A stretch of 64,000 nt of DNA from the human T2T-CHM13v2.0 reference genome, Homo sapiens, in assembly GCF_009914755.1 (NCBI RefSeq), contig NC_060925.1; one strand, given 5' to 3'. This document shows positions 1 through 16,092 of the stretch, in pieces. The notes beneath the pieces were generated by a model that was not told where the DNA came from, ran no database searches, and worked only from the letters and a program-made list of their open reading frames with translations. Numbering within the stretch: position 1 is the first letter of the stretch; each line of letters opens with the position of its first letter. Both the position numbers and the translations under genes were made by a program.

Positions 1-325
1 CATGGATGAAGCTGGAAACCATCATTCTCAGCAAACTAACACAGGAACAGAAAACCAAACAACACAGATTCTCACTCATAAGTGGGAGTTGAACAATGAG
101 AACACATGGACACAGGGAGGGGAATATCACACACAGGGCCTATTGGGGGGCAGGGGGCAAGAGGAGGGATAGCATTAGGACAAATACCTAATGCATGTGG
201 GGCTTAAAACCTAGATGATGGGTTGATGGGTGCAGCAAACCACCATGGCACATGTGTACCTGTGTAACAAATCTGCATGCTCTGTGTATGTATCCCAGAA
301 CTTAAAGTATAATAATAAAAAAAGA
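1..325 (+). mobile_element. LINE-1 3' end (L1PA8-like), truncated by window edge
   Basis: ORF2 C-terminus (WMKLETIILSKLTQEQKTK), 3'UTR with gcattaggacaaatacctaatgcatgtggggcttaaaacctagatga diagnostic, A-rich tail. Confidence 0.9.
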
Positions 326-462
326 AGAAATCACAAGATAAAAAATTAAAAAAAAAATAGAGATGGAGGTGGGCTTTGAAGCCAGATTTATCTAAAGATC
401 AAACTGCCTTACTCCAGGGAAAAAGCTACATGGGGGCATATGTGCCCTGGAAGGAAAACAAA

Positions 463-556
463 AATATTGCTTGGGACATAATTATACTAAACAATTATTT
501 GTTGCTTATCTGAAATTCAAATTTAACTGGGCACACTATATTTTATCTGGCAACCT
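463..556. mobile_element. MER53-like non-autonomous DNA transposon, one arm
   Basis: ttgggacata..tatctgaaattcaaatttaactgggc..ttttatctggcaacc matches recalled MER53 arm and terminal inverted repeat. Confidence 0.7.
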
Positions 557-1595
557 TATTTTATGTTTTGAAATTAGGTTTTGTATACCTTTTCCTATAT
601 TTTTTATTTTTATTTCACTGTTCTTTTTGTTAAATTAAGTAAAAATGAATGCATAGTTCTTAATGTACAAAACACTAATGTGGTATTTCTCTGGCTTTGT
701 TTTTTTTTTGTTACTGATCCTAAGCTCCAAAGCAGACCACACTGCTATCTCAGAGTCCAAAAAGGAAAAAACAAAGCTTTGCTCTCTTTTCTTGGAGACA
801 GCTGTTTCATATTTCAAATACAATTTTTTAAAAATCAACTATTGTGACCTTTATATTTGAAAGGATCATTACTTATGTTGCCATTCATCAGGACTTTAAG
901 GAGAGGATATTTGAGTCTCTACCCTGCTCACAAAATAAGGAGGTGATGATCAAAACCAAAGAGTTTTCAGTTTTGGACAAAATGGTGAACTAACACAGAC
1001 TGCTGGTTCCCCAAACTGAGCTTGGAGAAAATGACAGAGGAAGACATGAAATCCATGAAATATGAAATAATAACTTAAAAAGAAACTCTCCCCTAAAACT
1101 CCTATTGACGGTGGGGGAAGGGAAGGGATGATAGCAAACAGAATTGACTGTGAATTTGTGGCACTTGGGGCTTTCCATCCTAAGAGATACCCTCTTCAGT
1201 CTCCTTCAACTTGCCAGGACCAACAGACTACTGTTTGACCAGTGTCTCCTCATTACCAAACAGAGTAGCTGATATCCTTAAGAAAATCAAAGCTCACAGT
1301 CAAATACTTAAGTACCTGAAGAATAAAACTACCTCCAAAGAAAAATAATGAACTTGATGACATAAAATATATAAAGCACAATTATTGGAACAGAAAGATC
1401 AAGAACTTAGAATAAGTGTAACAAATATACGTTTGAGGATAAATATACTATCAATACAAAACAAGAAAAATGAAAGAAAAACAAACATGATAAAGTATTA
1501 GAAATAAAAATTTAATAATGGAAATTTTAAAAAATAGGGTAAATAATAGGATGGATCCAGCTGAATGGGAAACTGATGAGCTGAAAGATCAGATT

Positions 1596-1610
1596 AAGAA
1601 TGCCACAGGA
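1596..1610 (+). repeat. Left target-site duplication aagaatgccacagga (identical copy at 9495-9509)
   Basis: 15/15 identity; preceded by tt, giving a TT/AAGA L1-endonuclease-type site. Confidence 0.9.
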
Positions 1611-4402
<2,792 letters not shown>

Positions 4403-5255
4403 ACCCCAGCACAGCACAGCTGCTCCACAAAAGTGTGGCCATACTGCTTCTTTAAGCAGGTCCCCGATGCTGTTTCTCCTCACTGGGCAGAACCTCCTAA
4501 CTAGGGCCTCCTGCCACACCCTTTGGTATTCTCTGGCCTACAAAAATTTGAAAACTCCCTGGCACAGAACTCTGAGAATGAGCAGTGGGCCACCATCTTT
4601 GCTGTCTGGGCAACTTAACAGTTCCAGCCTTCAGGCTATGGAGAATCCAAGCCAACCAGGGGTAGAAGTGGTACCCCAGACAGCAGAGAAGCCCCACAAA
4701 AACATTGCCAGACTACTTTTTTAAGTGAGTCCCTGAACCCATTCCTCATCACCAGGTGGAGCCTCCCAACCAGGGTCTCTGGCTACCCCCATCAATGTCC
4801 TCCAGCTGACAGAGATTTCAGGCCTACCTGAGACAGAGCTCCCAGAAGGAGGGGCAGGCCACCATCTTTGCTGTTTGGGTGACTTAGCTGTTCCAACCTT
4901 TGGGCTTCAGAGTATCCAAAGTGACCAGGGGCTGAAGTAGACCCTGAGTACAGCAAAGCTGCTATATAAAAACTTGGCCAGACTACTTTTATATGTGGGT
5001 CCCCAATCTCATTCCTCCTGATTGGGTGGGACCCTCCTGGGGTCATCAGCCACCTCCTACAGGTTTTTTCAGGCCAGAAAGAAGTCCATACCTCCTTGGG
5101 ATGGAGCTCTCAGAGGAAGAGGCAGACTGCCATCTTTCCTGTTTTGCAGCCTTCATTGGTGATTCCTCCAGGTACTAAAAATTCTGAGGCAACTAGAGAT
5201 TGGAGCAGACCCCTGGCATACCACAGTAGCCTGACAGAAAAATGGCCAGACTGTT
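4403..5255 (+). repeat. ~270-bp tandem units (about 3.2 copies) in the L1 5'UTR
   Basis: ccatcttt(g/c)ctgt recurs at ~4590, ~4860, ~5130; gcca(g/t)act recurs at ~4438, ~4707, ~4977, ~5244. Confidence 0.8.
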
Positions 5256-8200
5256 AAATAAAATATCCAAAGGTTAGCAACCTCAAAGACTGAAGGCAGA
5301 TAAGCCTACAGAGATGAGAAAGAATCAGCATAAGAACACTGAAAATTCAAAAAGCCAGAGTGCCCTCTTTCCTCCAAATGACCACATCACCTCTCCAGCA
5401 AGGGTTCAGAACTGGGGTGAGGCTGAGATGGCTGAAATGACAGAAATAGAATTCAGAATATGAATAGAAATGAAGTTCACTGAGCTAAAGGACTGTGTTG
5501 TAACCCAGTGCAAGGAAGCTAAAAATTATGATAAAACATTGCAAGAGATGACAGGCAAAATGGCCAGTACAGAGAATGTAACTGACCCAATAAAGCTGAA
5601 AAACAGATGACAAGAATTTTATAATGCAATCCCGAGTTTTAACAACAGAATAGACCAAGAGTGGAAAGAATCTCAGAGCAGAAGACTGCCTTTCTGAAAT
5701 AAGACAAACAGATAAGAGTAGAGAAAAAAGAATAAAACAGAGTGAACAAAACCTCCAAGAAATATGGGATTATGTAAAGAGACTGAATCTGTGACTGGTA
5801 TACCTGAAAGAGATGGGGAGAATAAAACCAATTTGGAAAACATATTTCAGGATATCATCCATGAGAACTTCCCCAGCCTAGCTGGAGAGGCTAACATTCA
5901 AATTCAGAAAATGCAAAGAGAGAACCCCAGTAAGATACTCCATGAGAAGATCATCTCCAAGATACATAATCATCAGATTCTCAGAGGTGGAAATGAAAGA
6001 AAAAATTTTAAAGGCAGCTACAGAGAAAAGCCAGGTCACCTATAAAGGGAAGCCCATTAGACTAACAAAGGACCTCTCAGCTGAAATCTTACAAGCCAGA
6101 AGAGATTGGGGGCCAATATTCAACATTCTTAAAGAAAAGAAATTCCAACTCAGAATTTCATATCTGGCCAAACTAGGCTTCATAAGTGAAGGAGAAATAA
6201 GACAATTTTTTGACAAGCAAATACTGAGGGAATTTGTTACCACAAGATGTGCCTTACAAGAGCCCCTGAAGGAAGCACTAAATATGGAAAGGGAAAATTG
6301 TTACCAGCCACTACAAAAACACACTAAAGTACACAGACCAGTGACACTATAAAGCAACTGCATAAAAAAGTCTTTAAAATAACCAGCTAACATCATGAAG
6401 GCAGGATCAAAATCACATATATTAATACTAACCTTAAATGTAGGTGGGCTAAATGCCCCAATTTAAAGACACAGAGTTGCAAGCTTGATAAAGAACCAAG
6501 ACCCATTGATATGCTGTCTTCAAGAGACCTATCTCACATGCAGTGACACACACAAACTCAAAATAAAGGGATGGAGGAAAATCTACCAAGCAAATGGCGG
6601 ACAGAAAAAAGCAAGGGTTGCAATCCTAGTTTCTGACAAAATAGACTTTAAACCAATAAGATCATAAGAGACAAGGGCATTACATAATGGTAAAGGGTTC
6701 AATTCAACAAGAAGATCTAACTATCCTAAATATATATGTACCCAGATTCATAAAGCAAGTTTTTTAAGACCTTCAAAGATACAGACTCCCACACAATAAC
6801 AGTGAGAGACTTTAACACCCCACTGACAATATTAGACAGATCTTTGAGACAGAAAATTAACAAAGATATTCATGACCTGATCAAATGGACCTGATAGAAC
6901 TCTCCACTCAAAAACAATAGAATATACATTCTTCTCATTGACACAACATGGCATTTACTCTAAAATCAATCACATAATTGGAAGTAAAACATTCCACAGC
7001 AAATATAAGAGAACTGAAATCATAACAAACAGTCTCTTGGACCACAAAACAATCAAATTAGAAATAAAGACTAAGAAATTCTCTCAAAAAGCCCTACTTG
7101 CAAACTGAATCCAGCAGCACATCAAAAGCTAATTCACCACGATCAAGTAGGCTTCATCTCCAGGATGCAAGTGTGTTCAACAAATCAATAAATATGATTC
7201 ATCACATAAACAGAATGAAAGACAAAAACCACATGATTATCTAAATAGAAGCAAAAAAGGCTTTTTATAAAATTCAACACTCCTTCATATTAAACGCTCT
7301 CATTAAATTGGGTATGGAGGAACATACCTCAAAATAATAACAGCCATATATGACAAACCCACAGCCAATATCATACTGAATGGTCAAATGCTGGAAGCAT
7401 TCCCCTTGAAAACTGGCATAATACAAGGATGCCCTCTCTCACCACTCCTATTCAACATAGTATTGGAAGTTCTGGCCAGGGAAATCAGGCAAGAGAAAGT
7501 AATAAAGGGCATCCAAATAGAAAGAGAGGAAGTCAAACTATCACTGTTTGCAGATGACATGATCCTATATCTAGAAAACTTCATAGACTCAGCTCAAAAC
7601 CTTCTTAAGCTGATAAATAACTTCAGCAAAGTCTCAGAATACAAAATCAATGTGCAAAAATCACTAGCATTCCCATACACCAACAACAGTCAAGCCGAGA
7701 GCCAAACCAGGAATGAACTCCCATGCACAATTGCCACCAAAAGAATAAAATACCTAGGAATGAAACTAACAAGGGAGATGAAAGGGCTCTTTAGGGAGAC
7801 CTACAAAACATCGTGCAAAAAAATCACAGATGACACACAAAAAAAATTCCATGCTTAGATAGGAAGAATCAATATTGTGAAAATGGCCATACTGAAAAGC
7901 AAATTGTAGATTCAATGCTATTCCTATTTAACTACCATTGACATTCTTCACAGAAGTAGAGAAAACTATTTTATAATTCACATGGAATTATAAAGGAGCT
8001 CAAATAGCCAAAGCAATATTAAGCAAAAAGCACAAAGCTAGAGGCATCACACTACCTAACTTCAAACTATACTACAGGGCTGCAGTAAACAAAACAGCAT
8101 GATACTGGCACAAAAACAGACACGCAGACCAATGGAACACAATAGAGGACCCAGAAATAAGACCACACACCTATAGCTATCTGATCTTCAACAAGCCTGA

Positions 8201-9494
8201 CAAAAACAAGCAATGGGGAAAGGATTCCCTGTTCAACAATGGTGCAAGGACAACTGGCTAGCTATATGCAGAAGATTGAAACTGGACCCCTTCTTTACAC
8301 CATATACAAAAATTAACTCAAGATGGATAAAGAACTAAATGTAAAACCCAAAACTGTGAAAACCCTGGAAGACAACCTAGGGAACACCATTCATAGGCAT
8401 GGGCAAAGATTTCATGACAAAGACGCCAAAAGCAATGCAACAAAGGCTAAAATTGACAAATGGAATCTAATTAAACTAAATAGTTTCTGCACAGCAAAAG
8501 AAATTATCAGAGCGAACAGACAACCTAAAGAATGGGAGAAAATTTTTGCAATCTACCTATCTGACAAAGGTCTAACATCCAGAATTTACAAAGAACTTAA
8601 ACAAATTTACAAGAAAAAAAAACAAACCCATCAAAAAGGGGGCAAAGGGCATGAAGAGATGCTTTTCAAAAGAAGATATACACGGGGCCAACAAGCATAA
8701 GAAAAAAATCTCAACATCACTGATCATTAGAGAAATGCAAATCAAAACCACAATGAGATACCATCTATTACCAGTCAGATGGCTATTATTAAAAACTACA
8801 GATGCTGGCGAAATTGTGGAGAAAAAGTAATGTTTATATATTGTTGGTGGGATTGTAAGTTAGTTCAGCCATTGGAGAAGACAGTGTGGAGATTCCTCAA
8901 AGACCTAAAGACAGAAATACCATTCAACTCAGCAATCCCATTAATGGGTATATACCTGAAGGAATATAAATCATTCTATTACAAAGACACATGCATGCAT
9001 ATGTTCACTGCAGCACTATTCACAATAGCAAAGACATGGAATCAACCTAAATGATAGGCTGTATAAAGAAATCTTTATAGGCTATATAAAGAATAATAGA
9101 CTGCATAAAGAAAATGTGGTTTGTATACACCATGGAATACTATGCAGCCATTAAAAAGCATGAAATCATGTCCTTTACAAGGACATGGATGGAGCTGGAG
9201 GCCACTATCCTTAGCAAACTAACACAGAACAGAAAACCAGATACCACATGTTCTCACCTATAAGTGGGACCTAAATTATGAGAACACATGGACATACAGG
9301 AAAACACACACTGGGGTCTTTCAGAAGGTGGAGGGTGGAAGGAAGGAGAGGATCAGGAAAAATAACTAACGGGTACTAGGCTAAATACCTGCGTGATCAG
9401 ATAATCTGTACAACAACAAACTCCCATGACACAAGTTTACCTATATAACAAATATGCACTTGTACACCTGAACTTAAAATAAAAGTTAAGATAA
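4403..9494 (+). mobile_element. Older primate L1 (L1PA13-16 group): partial repeat-type 5'UTR, ORF1, ORF2 with ~900-bp internal deletion, 3'UTR
   Basis: ORF1 start MRKNQHKNTENSKSQ at 5314; RT motif [11 protein letters not shown] in ORF 7388-7858; 3'UTR gagaggatcaggaaaaataactaa..gggtactaggct..ctgaacttaaaataaaagtt. Confidence 0.88.
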
Positions 9495-9509
9495 AAGAAT
9501 GCCACAGGA
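9495..9509 (+). repeat. Right target-site duplication aagaatgccacagga
   Basis: Identical to 1596-1610; directly follows the L1 A-rich tail. Confidence 0.9.
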
Positions 9510-9820
9510 GGTTGGGCTCAGTGTCTCACTGTAATCCCAGTATTGTGGAAGGCCAAGGTAGCAGGATCACTTGAGGCCTGGCATTTGAGACTAGCCAGGG
9601 CAAAAGGGAGACACCCCTGACTCTACTAAAATTTTTTAAAAATTAAAAATTAGCTGAGTGTGTTGGTGCACACCTGCAGTCCCAGCACTCAGGAGGCTGT
9701 GGTGGGAGGATTGCTTGAGCCCAGGAGTTCGAGACTGCAGTGAGCTATGATCACTGTACTCTGCACTCCAGCCTGGGTGACAGAGTGAGACCCTGTCTCA
9801 GGTAAAAAAAAAAAAAAAAA
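9510..9820 (+). mobile_element. AluJ-type element
   Basis: Dimeric Alu with ggaggattgcttgagcccaggagttcgag..gcagtgagctatgatc (J diagnostics) and poly(A). Confidence 0.9.
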
Positions 9821-10502
9821 GAAAAAACCACAGAAAAGAATAAAGAGATAGAAAATATAAAATTAAGAACTGAGAGTAAGGAGGATTAAAAAAAGTGCCA
9901 CCATCAGATAACAGGAATCCTCAAATGTGATAGAAAAAGTAAGAGAAAGATGTGAAAACATATGGGCAGAAAGTTCTCAGAATTATTAATTAACCTAAGA
10001 TCAAAAGAACCTCCACATAGTATTAAACAGAAGAGATAAGCATAAAACACACAAACACACACACACACCTTGATGCCACATATAGAACTGTAGGTATAAC
10101 CGATAAAAAAATAAATAAATTTTAAAGCTTCTAGAATGAAGAAATCATTTAGTAAGAACAAGAATCATATTGACATTAGACTTTTCAATGGCAACATTTG
10201 AAGAAAGACAACAATGAAGTAATATTTTTAAAGCATTGAAGGAAAAGAACTTTGAACCTAGAATTAAGTATATTAAATTGTCATTTAAATGTGAGGACAT
10301 AATAAAATATTCTAACTTATATAATGCCCTAGAGGGCTTGCCAAAATAAAAAATAAAAAAGACCCACAGCAAAGACACATTTGGAAGAAGTACTCAAATA
10401 GTAAGAGAAATAAATCTAGGAGATACTGCAAGTGATATGGAAGTCAAAGTTGATAAAGTATTCTAGTACGATTTTTTTATGAAAAGAGAAAGCGTTTGAG
10501 AA

Positions 10503-11170
10503 GTGTCAATTAATTCAATCATTGTGGAAGACAGTGAGGCAATTCCTCAAGGATCTAGAACCAGAAATATCATTTGACCCAGCAATCCCATTACTATATA
10601 CCCAAAGGATTATAAATCATTCTACTATAAAGACACGTGCACACATATGTTTATTGCAGCACTATTTACAATAGCAAAGACATGGAACCAACCCAAATGC
10701 AGATCAGTGATAGACTGGATAAAGAAATTGTGGCAAATATATACCATGGAAAACTATGCAGCCATAAAAAAGAATGAGTTCATGTCCTTTGCAGGGACAT
10801 GGATGAAGCTGGAAACCATCATTCTCAGCAAACTAACACAGGAACAGAAAACCAAACACCACATGTTCTCACTCATAAGTGGGAGTTGAACAATGAGAAC
10901 ACATGGACAGAGGGAGGGGAACATCACACACCAGAGCCTGCTCGGGGGGGTCGGGGGCAAGGGGAGGGATAGCATTAGGACAAATACCTAATGCATACAG
11001 GGCTTAAAATCTAGATGACGGGTTGATGGGTGCAGCAACCACCATGGCACATGTATACATACGTATGTAACAAACCTTCACATTCTGCACGTGTATCCCA
11101 GAACTTAAACTATAATAAAAAAAAAAAGAAAAGAAAAAGGCAAAAAAAAAAAAAAGAAAGAAAAGAAAAG
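10503..11170 (+). mobile_element. 5'-truncated L1PA8-like 3' end
   Basis: ORF 10647-10889 is the ORF2 C-terminus ([17 protein letters not shown]..); same 3'UTR diagnostics as 1-325; long A-rich tail. Confidence 0.92.
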
Positions 11171-12665
11171 CTAAGAGAAGAGAAAGGGAAAAACATCCAT
11201 AATAATCAAAAACTAAAACTCTAGGAAAAATCAACATGGTCAGAAGTAGAGAAGTGAAGATACGAAGAGAGAGAAGAGTTTGCCAGTATATTTGTTTTGT
11301 TAGAACAGAGAGTTAGAAAAAGAGAGGAAGAAGGAAGGACAGGAGGGAGAGAAGGAAGAAGAAAGGCTGATTTTAAAAATCATAAATAAATACAAATACG
11401 ACTCTTAAGGGCAACCACCACAAAATTAATATTAGAATCAGAGGAATATGAATATATCCAAGGAAAAGCAGGAATAAAACATTTAAAAAAGAAAAATATA
11501 GTAAATGGAAAAAAAATAAAAAGAGGTAATAGAACTAAGTTCTAACATAATAGTAATTTGAATATAAAATAATCAAACTCATTAATTAGAAGATAAAAAC
11601 TTTCTAATTGTTTTAATCTAACAATATATTGATTACAAGATACATACTTAAAAACACAGAGAAAGTTTAGAAATAATAGGATGGAAAAGATATACTAGTG
11701 AAACATGAACCAAATGAAAGCTTGGTAGTGATCTTAATACCTAAGATCGGTTTTAAAGCTTAAAAAAGTGAAAAGGAACAAATAAGAACATCAACTATTC
11801 ATAAAAGGGGAAACAAAAAAACCAGATGGTAGAGCCAACATAAACATACTTGCATCTAATATAGCTTCAAGTATACAAAGCAACAGTTATCTAAATTGCA
11901 GGAAGAAAGATATTAATAAAAATGTTTGGTTTTGGTAGATTTATTAGAAATGAATATATCAAGCATAAGAAAATAGCAGAGATATCAAAATCCTAAATAA
12001 CATAATTAACAAACTCTAGCAAGTATATAAAGAATACACATGGTAAATATGCCCCAATAGAGAATGTAATTTTTAGCTCATCCTCATTAACAAAACTAGA
12101 CCACATATTGGATCATTAATGCAATCTCAAGAAATTACTAAAGAACAATATCAAACAGACTATGTTCTTCAACAATTAGCAAATAGAATTAGAGATTATC
12201 TACAAAAAGATTATTTAAATAGCATATTTGGAAATGAAACCACATTTTATTAAACAGTTCTTGGGTTAAACAGGAAATAATAGAGGAAATTTAGAAATAT
12301 TCAAGACTGAATAATTAAAATACCACAAAATCTATGAGAGATTAGTAAAGCCATGCCTAGAGGAAAAAGTTACACAGTTCTAAATAAATTATCAGGAAAT
12401 GGAAAAGATAGAAATAAATTATCTGAGCATGCAACTAAATAAATTGGGGGAAAAGAGTCTTAAAGCAAGCACAAAGAAATAGAAAGTAGGGAAATATTAA
12501 CAGTAAGGGCAGAAATCAATGAAATAAAGAACATAGCAACAGTAACAGAAGGTTAACAACTCAAGAGGTGTTTTGTTTGCTTCCTACTAAAAATAAAATA
12601 CAAAGGCATCTGACAAGACTGATTTTCACACAAGAGAAAAATTACATGCCCTTCCAATAAAGAAA

Positions 12666-12717
12666 GGAAGGAAGGAAGGAAGGAAGGAAGGAAGGAAGGA
12701 AGGAAGGAAGGAAGGAA
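12666..12717 (+). repeat. (GGAA)13 microsatellite
   Basis: 13 perfect consecutive GGAA units counted directly. Confidence 0.97.
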
Positions 12718-14754
12718 TTAAGAGAAGAAACAGCTGTTAATATACTTGAAAACGTTGATAAAACAAATAAAAGCCTAAAACAATTTTTAAAGACAAAAAA
12801 AAGATTTTGGGACTTTAAAGAAACCAACAAATATTTAAAAGAGCTAGAAAGGAAATTCAATGACTTTCCTGCCCCAAAACTAGCCAGATAGTTTATGGGA
12901 GAGTTCTATAAAATTTTCAAGGAATGATGAATTCCAATTTTAAACATTGTTTCTAAAAATAGAAAAAGAGGTGAAAGCTGCCAAGATTATTTTATGATAA
13001 AAACATAATCTTGATTCTAAAACCAGATAAACACAATATAAGAGGGGAAATTTTTAGAGCCATTTCACTTATTAATTTAGATGAAAATATACTAAACAAA
13101 ATGGTAGAAAATAGAATTGACAATAACGTGTGGGTGGGTATGTGTAACAAGCTCAAGGGGTGTTATCAAGAAATGTACCAAAAATCTAATGACATAATTT
13201 ACTACATTCAGGATAAAGAAAAATTATATAGTAATTATATATAAATTGTTAAAATGCATGTAAATAAATTACATAATATATAATAATAACAATTGGCACA
13301 GAAGGAACAGCTGATAAGCTTTCACACCTATGAAGGATAATGCATTCCATCTTCACTATTACTTTTAACTTAGTACAAGAGATCAATGTTACAAGTGAAG
13401 TAAAAGAAAAGAAAGATAAGGATTGGAAAACCAGTGATTAAATTGTCTTCTAGGTAGATATGATCATCTGTCTAGAAGAACCAACACAATTGCCAGATAC
13501 AAGATCAATCTTAAAAATAATTTCTCTGTGCTAACAAAACTCAACAAGAAAATGTTATTTTGAAAAAAGAAAAATACCAGTCACAGTATCAACAAACTAG
13601 ATACTACAAAGTGTCTAGAAGTTAACCTCACCAAAAGTACACAAGACCTCTGTAAAGAAAATGTAAAACTCTAATAAAGAACATAGAAGAGAATAATACA
13701 GATGTCATAAATAGAGAAGGCCCACGCCTTTGGATAGAGGAATTTAATAGTCTAAAGATGTTGATTATCTATAAATTAATACATAAATTAAGGCAACTGA
13801 ATTAAAATCTTAAGTCAAATTTCTGTGAAACGTGATAGGCATACTCTAACATGTATATGAAAAAAATTACCAACAGATAAAGTCATGATTAAAACAAAAG
13901 ACTAAATGGAACAGACTTGCTCTGCAAAATATTGTTAGAAGATGATAGATTTTTAAAATTCCCTGTGGTATTAATATAAAAACAGGTATATAGACCGAAG
14001 AAACTGTCAGAGATCTATGACATTATAGGAGAATGTATAAGAAAGTAGTACTGTAAATCAACAAGGAAAGAATTCGCCATTTTGGCAGAAACTGACTCAG
14101 TAGAGAAAAATAACTGAATCCCTAATTAACACCACATAGAAGAAATATAGCAGAATATCTTTGTAATATAGGAATGTAGAACTTCCTAAGTAAAAATTTT
14201 AAGTGTTAATCCTAAAACAATAACTCAATGAAGTTTATGGCAGCAAAATTTAATATTTCTGCACATTAAACACCACAAAGTCAGTTAGAAGACAGATATT
14301 TTCAATGTTTAAAACTACAAGGAATTAATATCTAGAATATGGAAGAAGTGCAAATTAACATCAAGAGGAGAGCATCTCTATTAGAAAAATGGGCAACTAA
14401 TATAAACAGACAATTCCTAGAAGAGGAAATCCAAAACCTGAGAAGCATATCAAGAGACACTCAAACTCATCAATAGTCAGAAAAAAATGGAAATGAAAAC
14501 AACATTAAGATTTCACTCTACACCAATTAGACTGGCAAGAATTAGAAAACTGGATAATGCCAAGTGTTGGGGGAAGGAATTAGTTATATTGGAATTCCCA
14601 TGCATTGCTGATTGTAATACAGTCTAATGCCATTATCAGGGGAAACAGCCTTGCACTACTTACACATACTAAATGCACACACTTTACAACCTAGCAAGTC
14701 TGTTCCTAGATTATATATCTAAAAAAAATTTCATACAAGTCCAAAAGGAGACGC

Positions 14755-16092
14755 ATTCAAAAGCACAAATAGACAAGTGGGATTACATCAAATGAAAAAG
14801 CCTCTGCACAGCAAAGGAAATAACAGGGTACAGAGGACCCCTAACAGATTGGGAGAAAATATTTGCAAGCCATACAACTAGAAAAGAGCTAATATCCAAA
14901 ATAAGAAAAGGAGCTCAAATAATTCAATAGCAAAAACAAAGAATTTTTAAACCCAACTTAAAAATGGGCAAGGACCTTGTATTAGTCCATTCTGACACTG
15001 CTATGAAGAAATAACCGAGACTGGGTAATTTATAAAGAAAAGAAGTTTAATTGGCTTACAGTTCCGCAGGGCTGGGGAAGGCCTCAGGAAACTTAAAATT
15101 GTGGTGGAAGGGGAAGCAAACACGTCCTTCTTCTCGTGGTGGCAGGAAGCGGAAGAATGAGTGCGCAGCGAAGGGGGAAGCCCCTTATAAAACCATCAGA
15201 TCTGTGAAAGCTAACTCACTGTTTGGAGAACAGGATGGGAGAAACTGCCCCTATGATTCAATTAGCTCCACCTGGTCCCTCCCACAACCAGGTGGAGATA
15301 ACAAGTGTTAGCAAGGATGTGGAGAAAAGGGAACACTTATACACCTGGTGGAAATGTAAATTAGTAGAGCCATTATGAAAAAACGTATGAAGCATTCTCA
15401 AAAAACTAATAGAATTACCACATGATCTAGCTATCTCACATCTGGGTATTTACCCAAAAGACTTGAAATCGGTTTGTCGAAGAAATGTTTGCATTTCCAC
15501 ATTCATTGCAGCACTGTTTACAATAGCCAAGTTATGGAATGAGCCTAAGTGTCCATCAACAGATGAATGCATAAAGAAAATGTGGTAGTATATATATACA
15601 TCATGGAATACTACTCAGCCTAAAAAAAGGAAATTCTTTCATTTGCCACAACATGGGTGGAGTTGGAGAACATTATGCTGTATGTAAAATAAGCCAGGCA
15701 CAGAAAGACGAATACTGCATGTACTTATGCAGATCTAAAACAACTGAGCACATACAATGAGAAAGTAGAATGGTGGTTACAGAGGCTGGAGGGTGGGAGC
15801 ATAAGGAAATGGTGGTCAAAGGATACAAAATCTCAGACAGGAGGAATTTTTTTTTTTTTTAGTTCTATTGCACAGCACGGTGAATATAGTTAATAATGGA
15901 ATATTAAACATTTCAAAATTTCTAAGAGAGTTAATTTCAAACATTCACATCACATAAAATGTTAAGTATCTGAGTGATGGATATGTCAACTAGTTTGACT
16001 TAATTATTCCACATTGTATTCACAAATCATTACATCACTTTGTACCCCATAAATTCATGCAAATGTAAATTATCAATGTACAATTTTTTTAA
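14755..16092 (+). mobile_element. L1MA (MA4-like) 3' portion, interrupted by THE1 LTR
   Basis: ORF2 3' region (aaatagacaagtgggattacatcaaa) and L1MA-type 3'UTR (ggtcaaaggatacaaaat..gacaggaggaat..catcactttgtaccccataaat). Confidence 0.8.
14978..15293 (-). mobile_element. THE1 (THE1D-like) MaLR LTR, truncated on one side
   Basis: tgtattagtccattct..ccgagactgggtaatttataaagaaaaga..ggcctcaggaaactta..ccttataaaaccatcagatct is the reverse complement of a THE1/MST LTR. Confidence 0.88.

Noticed and set aside
4403-5255. Spaced repeats as a CRISPR-like or novel array
   Set aside because: Long diverged tandem units of an L1 5'UTR in eukaryotic DNA; no short identical repeats with unique spacers.
10480-11185. 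TSD for the short L1PA8 insertion
   Set aside because: Only a loose purine-rich resemblance (aaagcgtttgagaag / aaagctaagagaag); not supportable.
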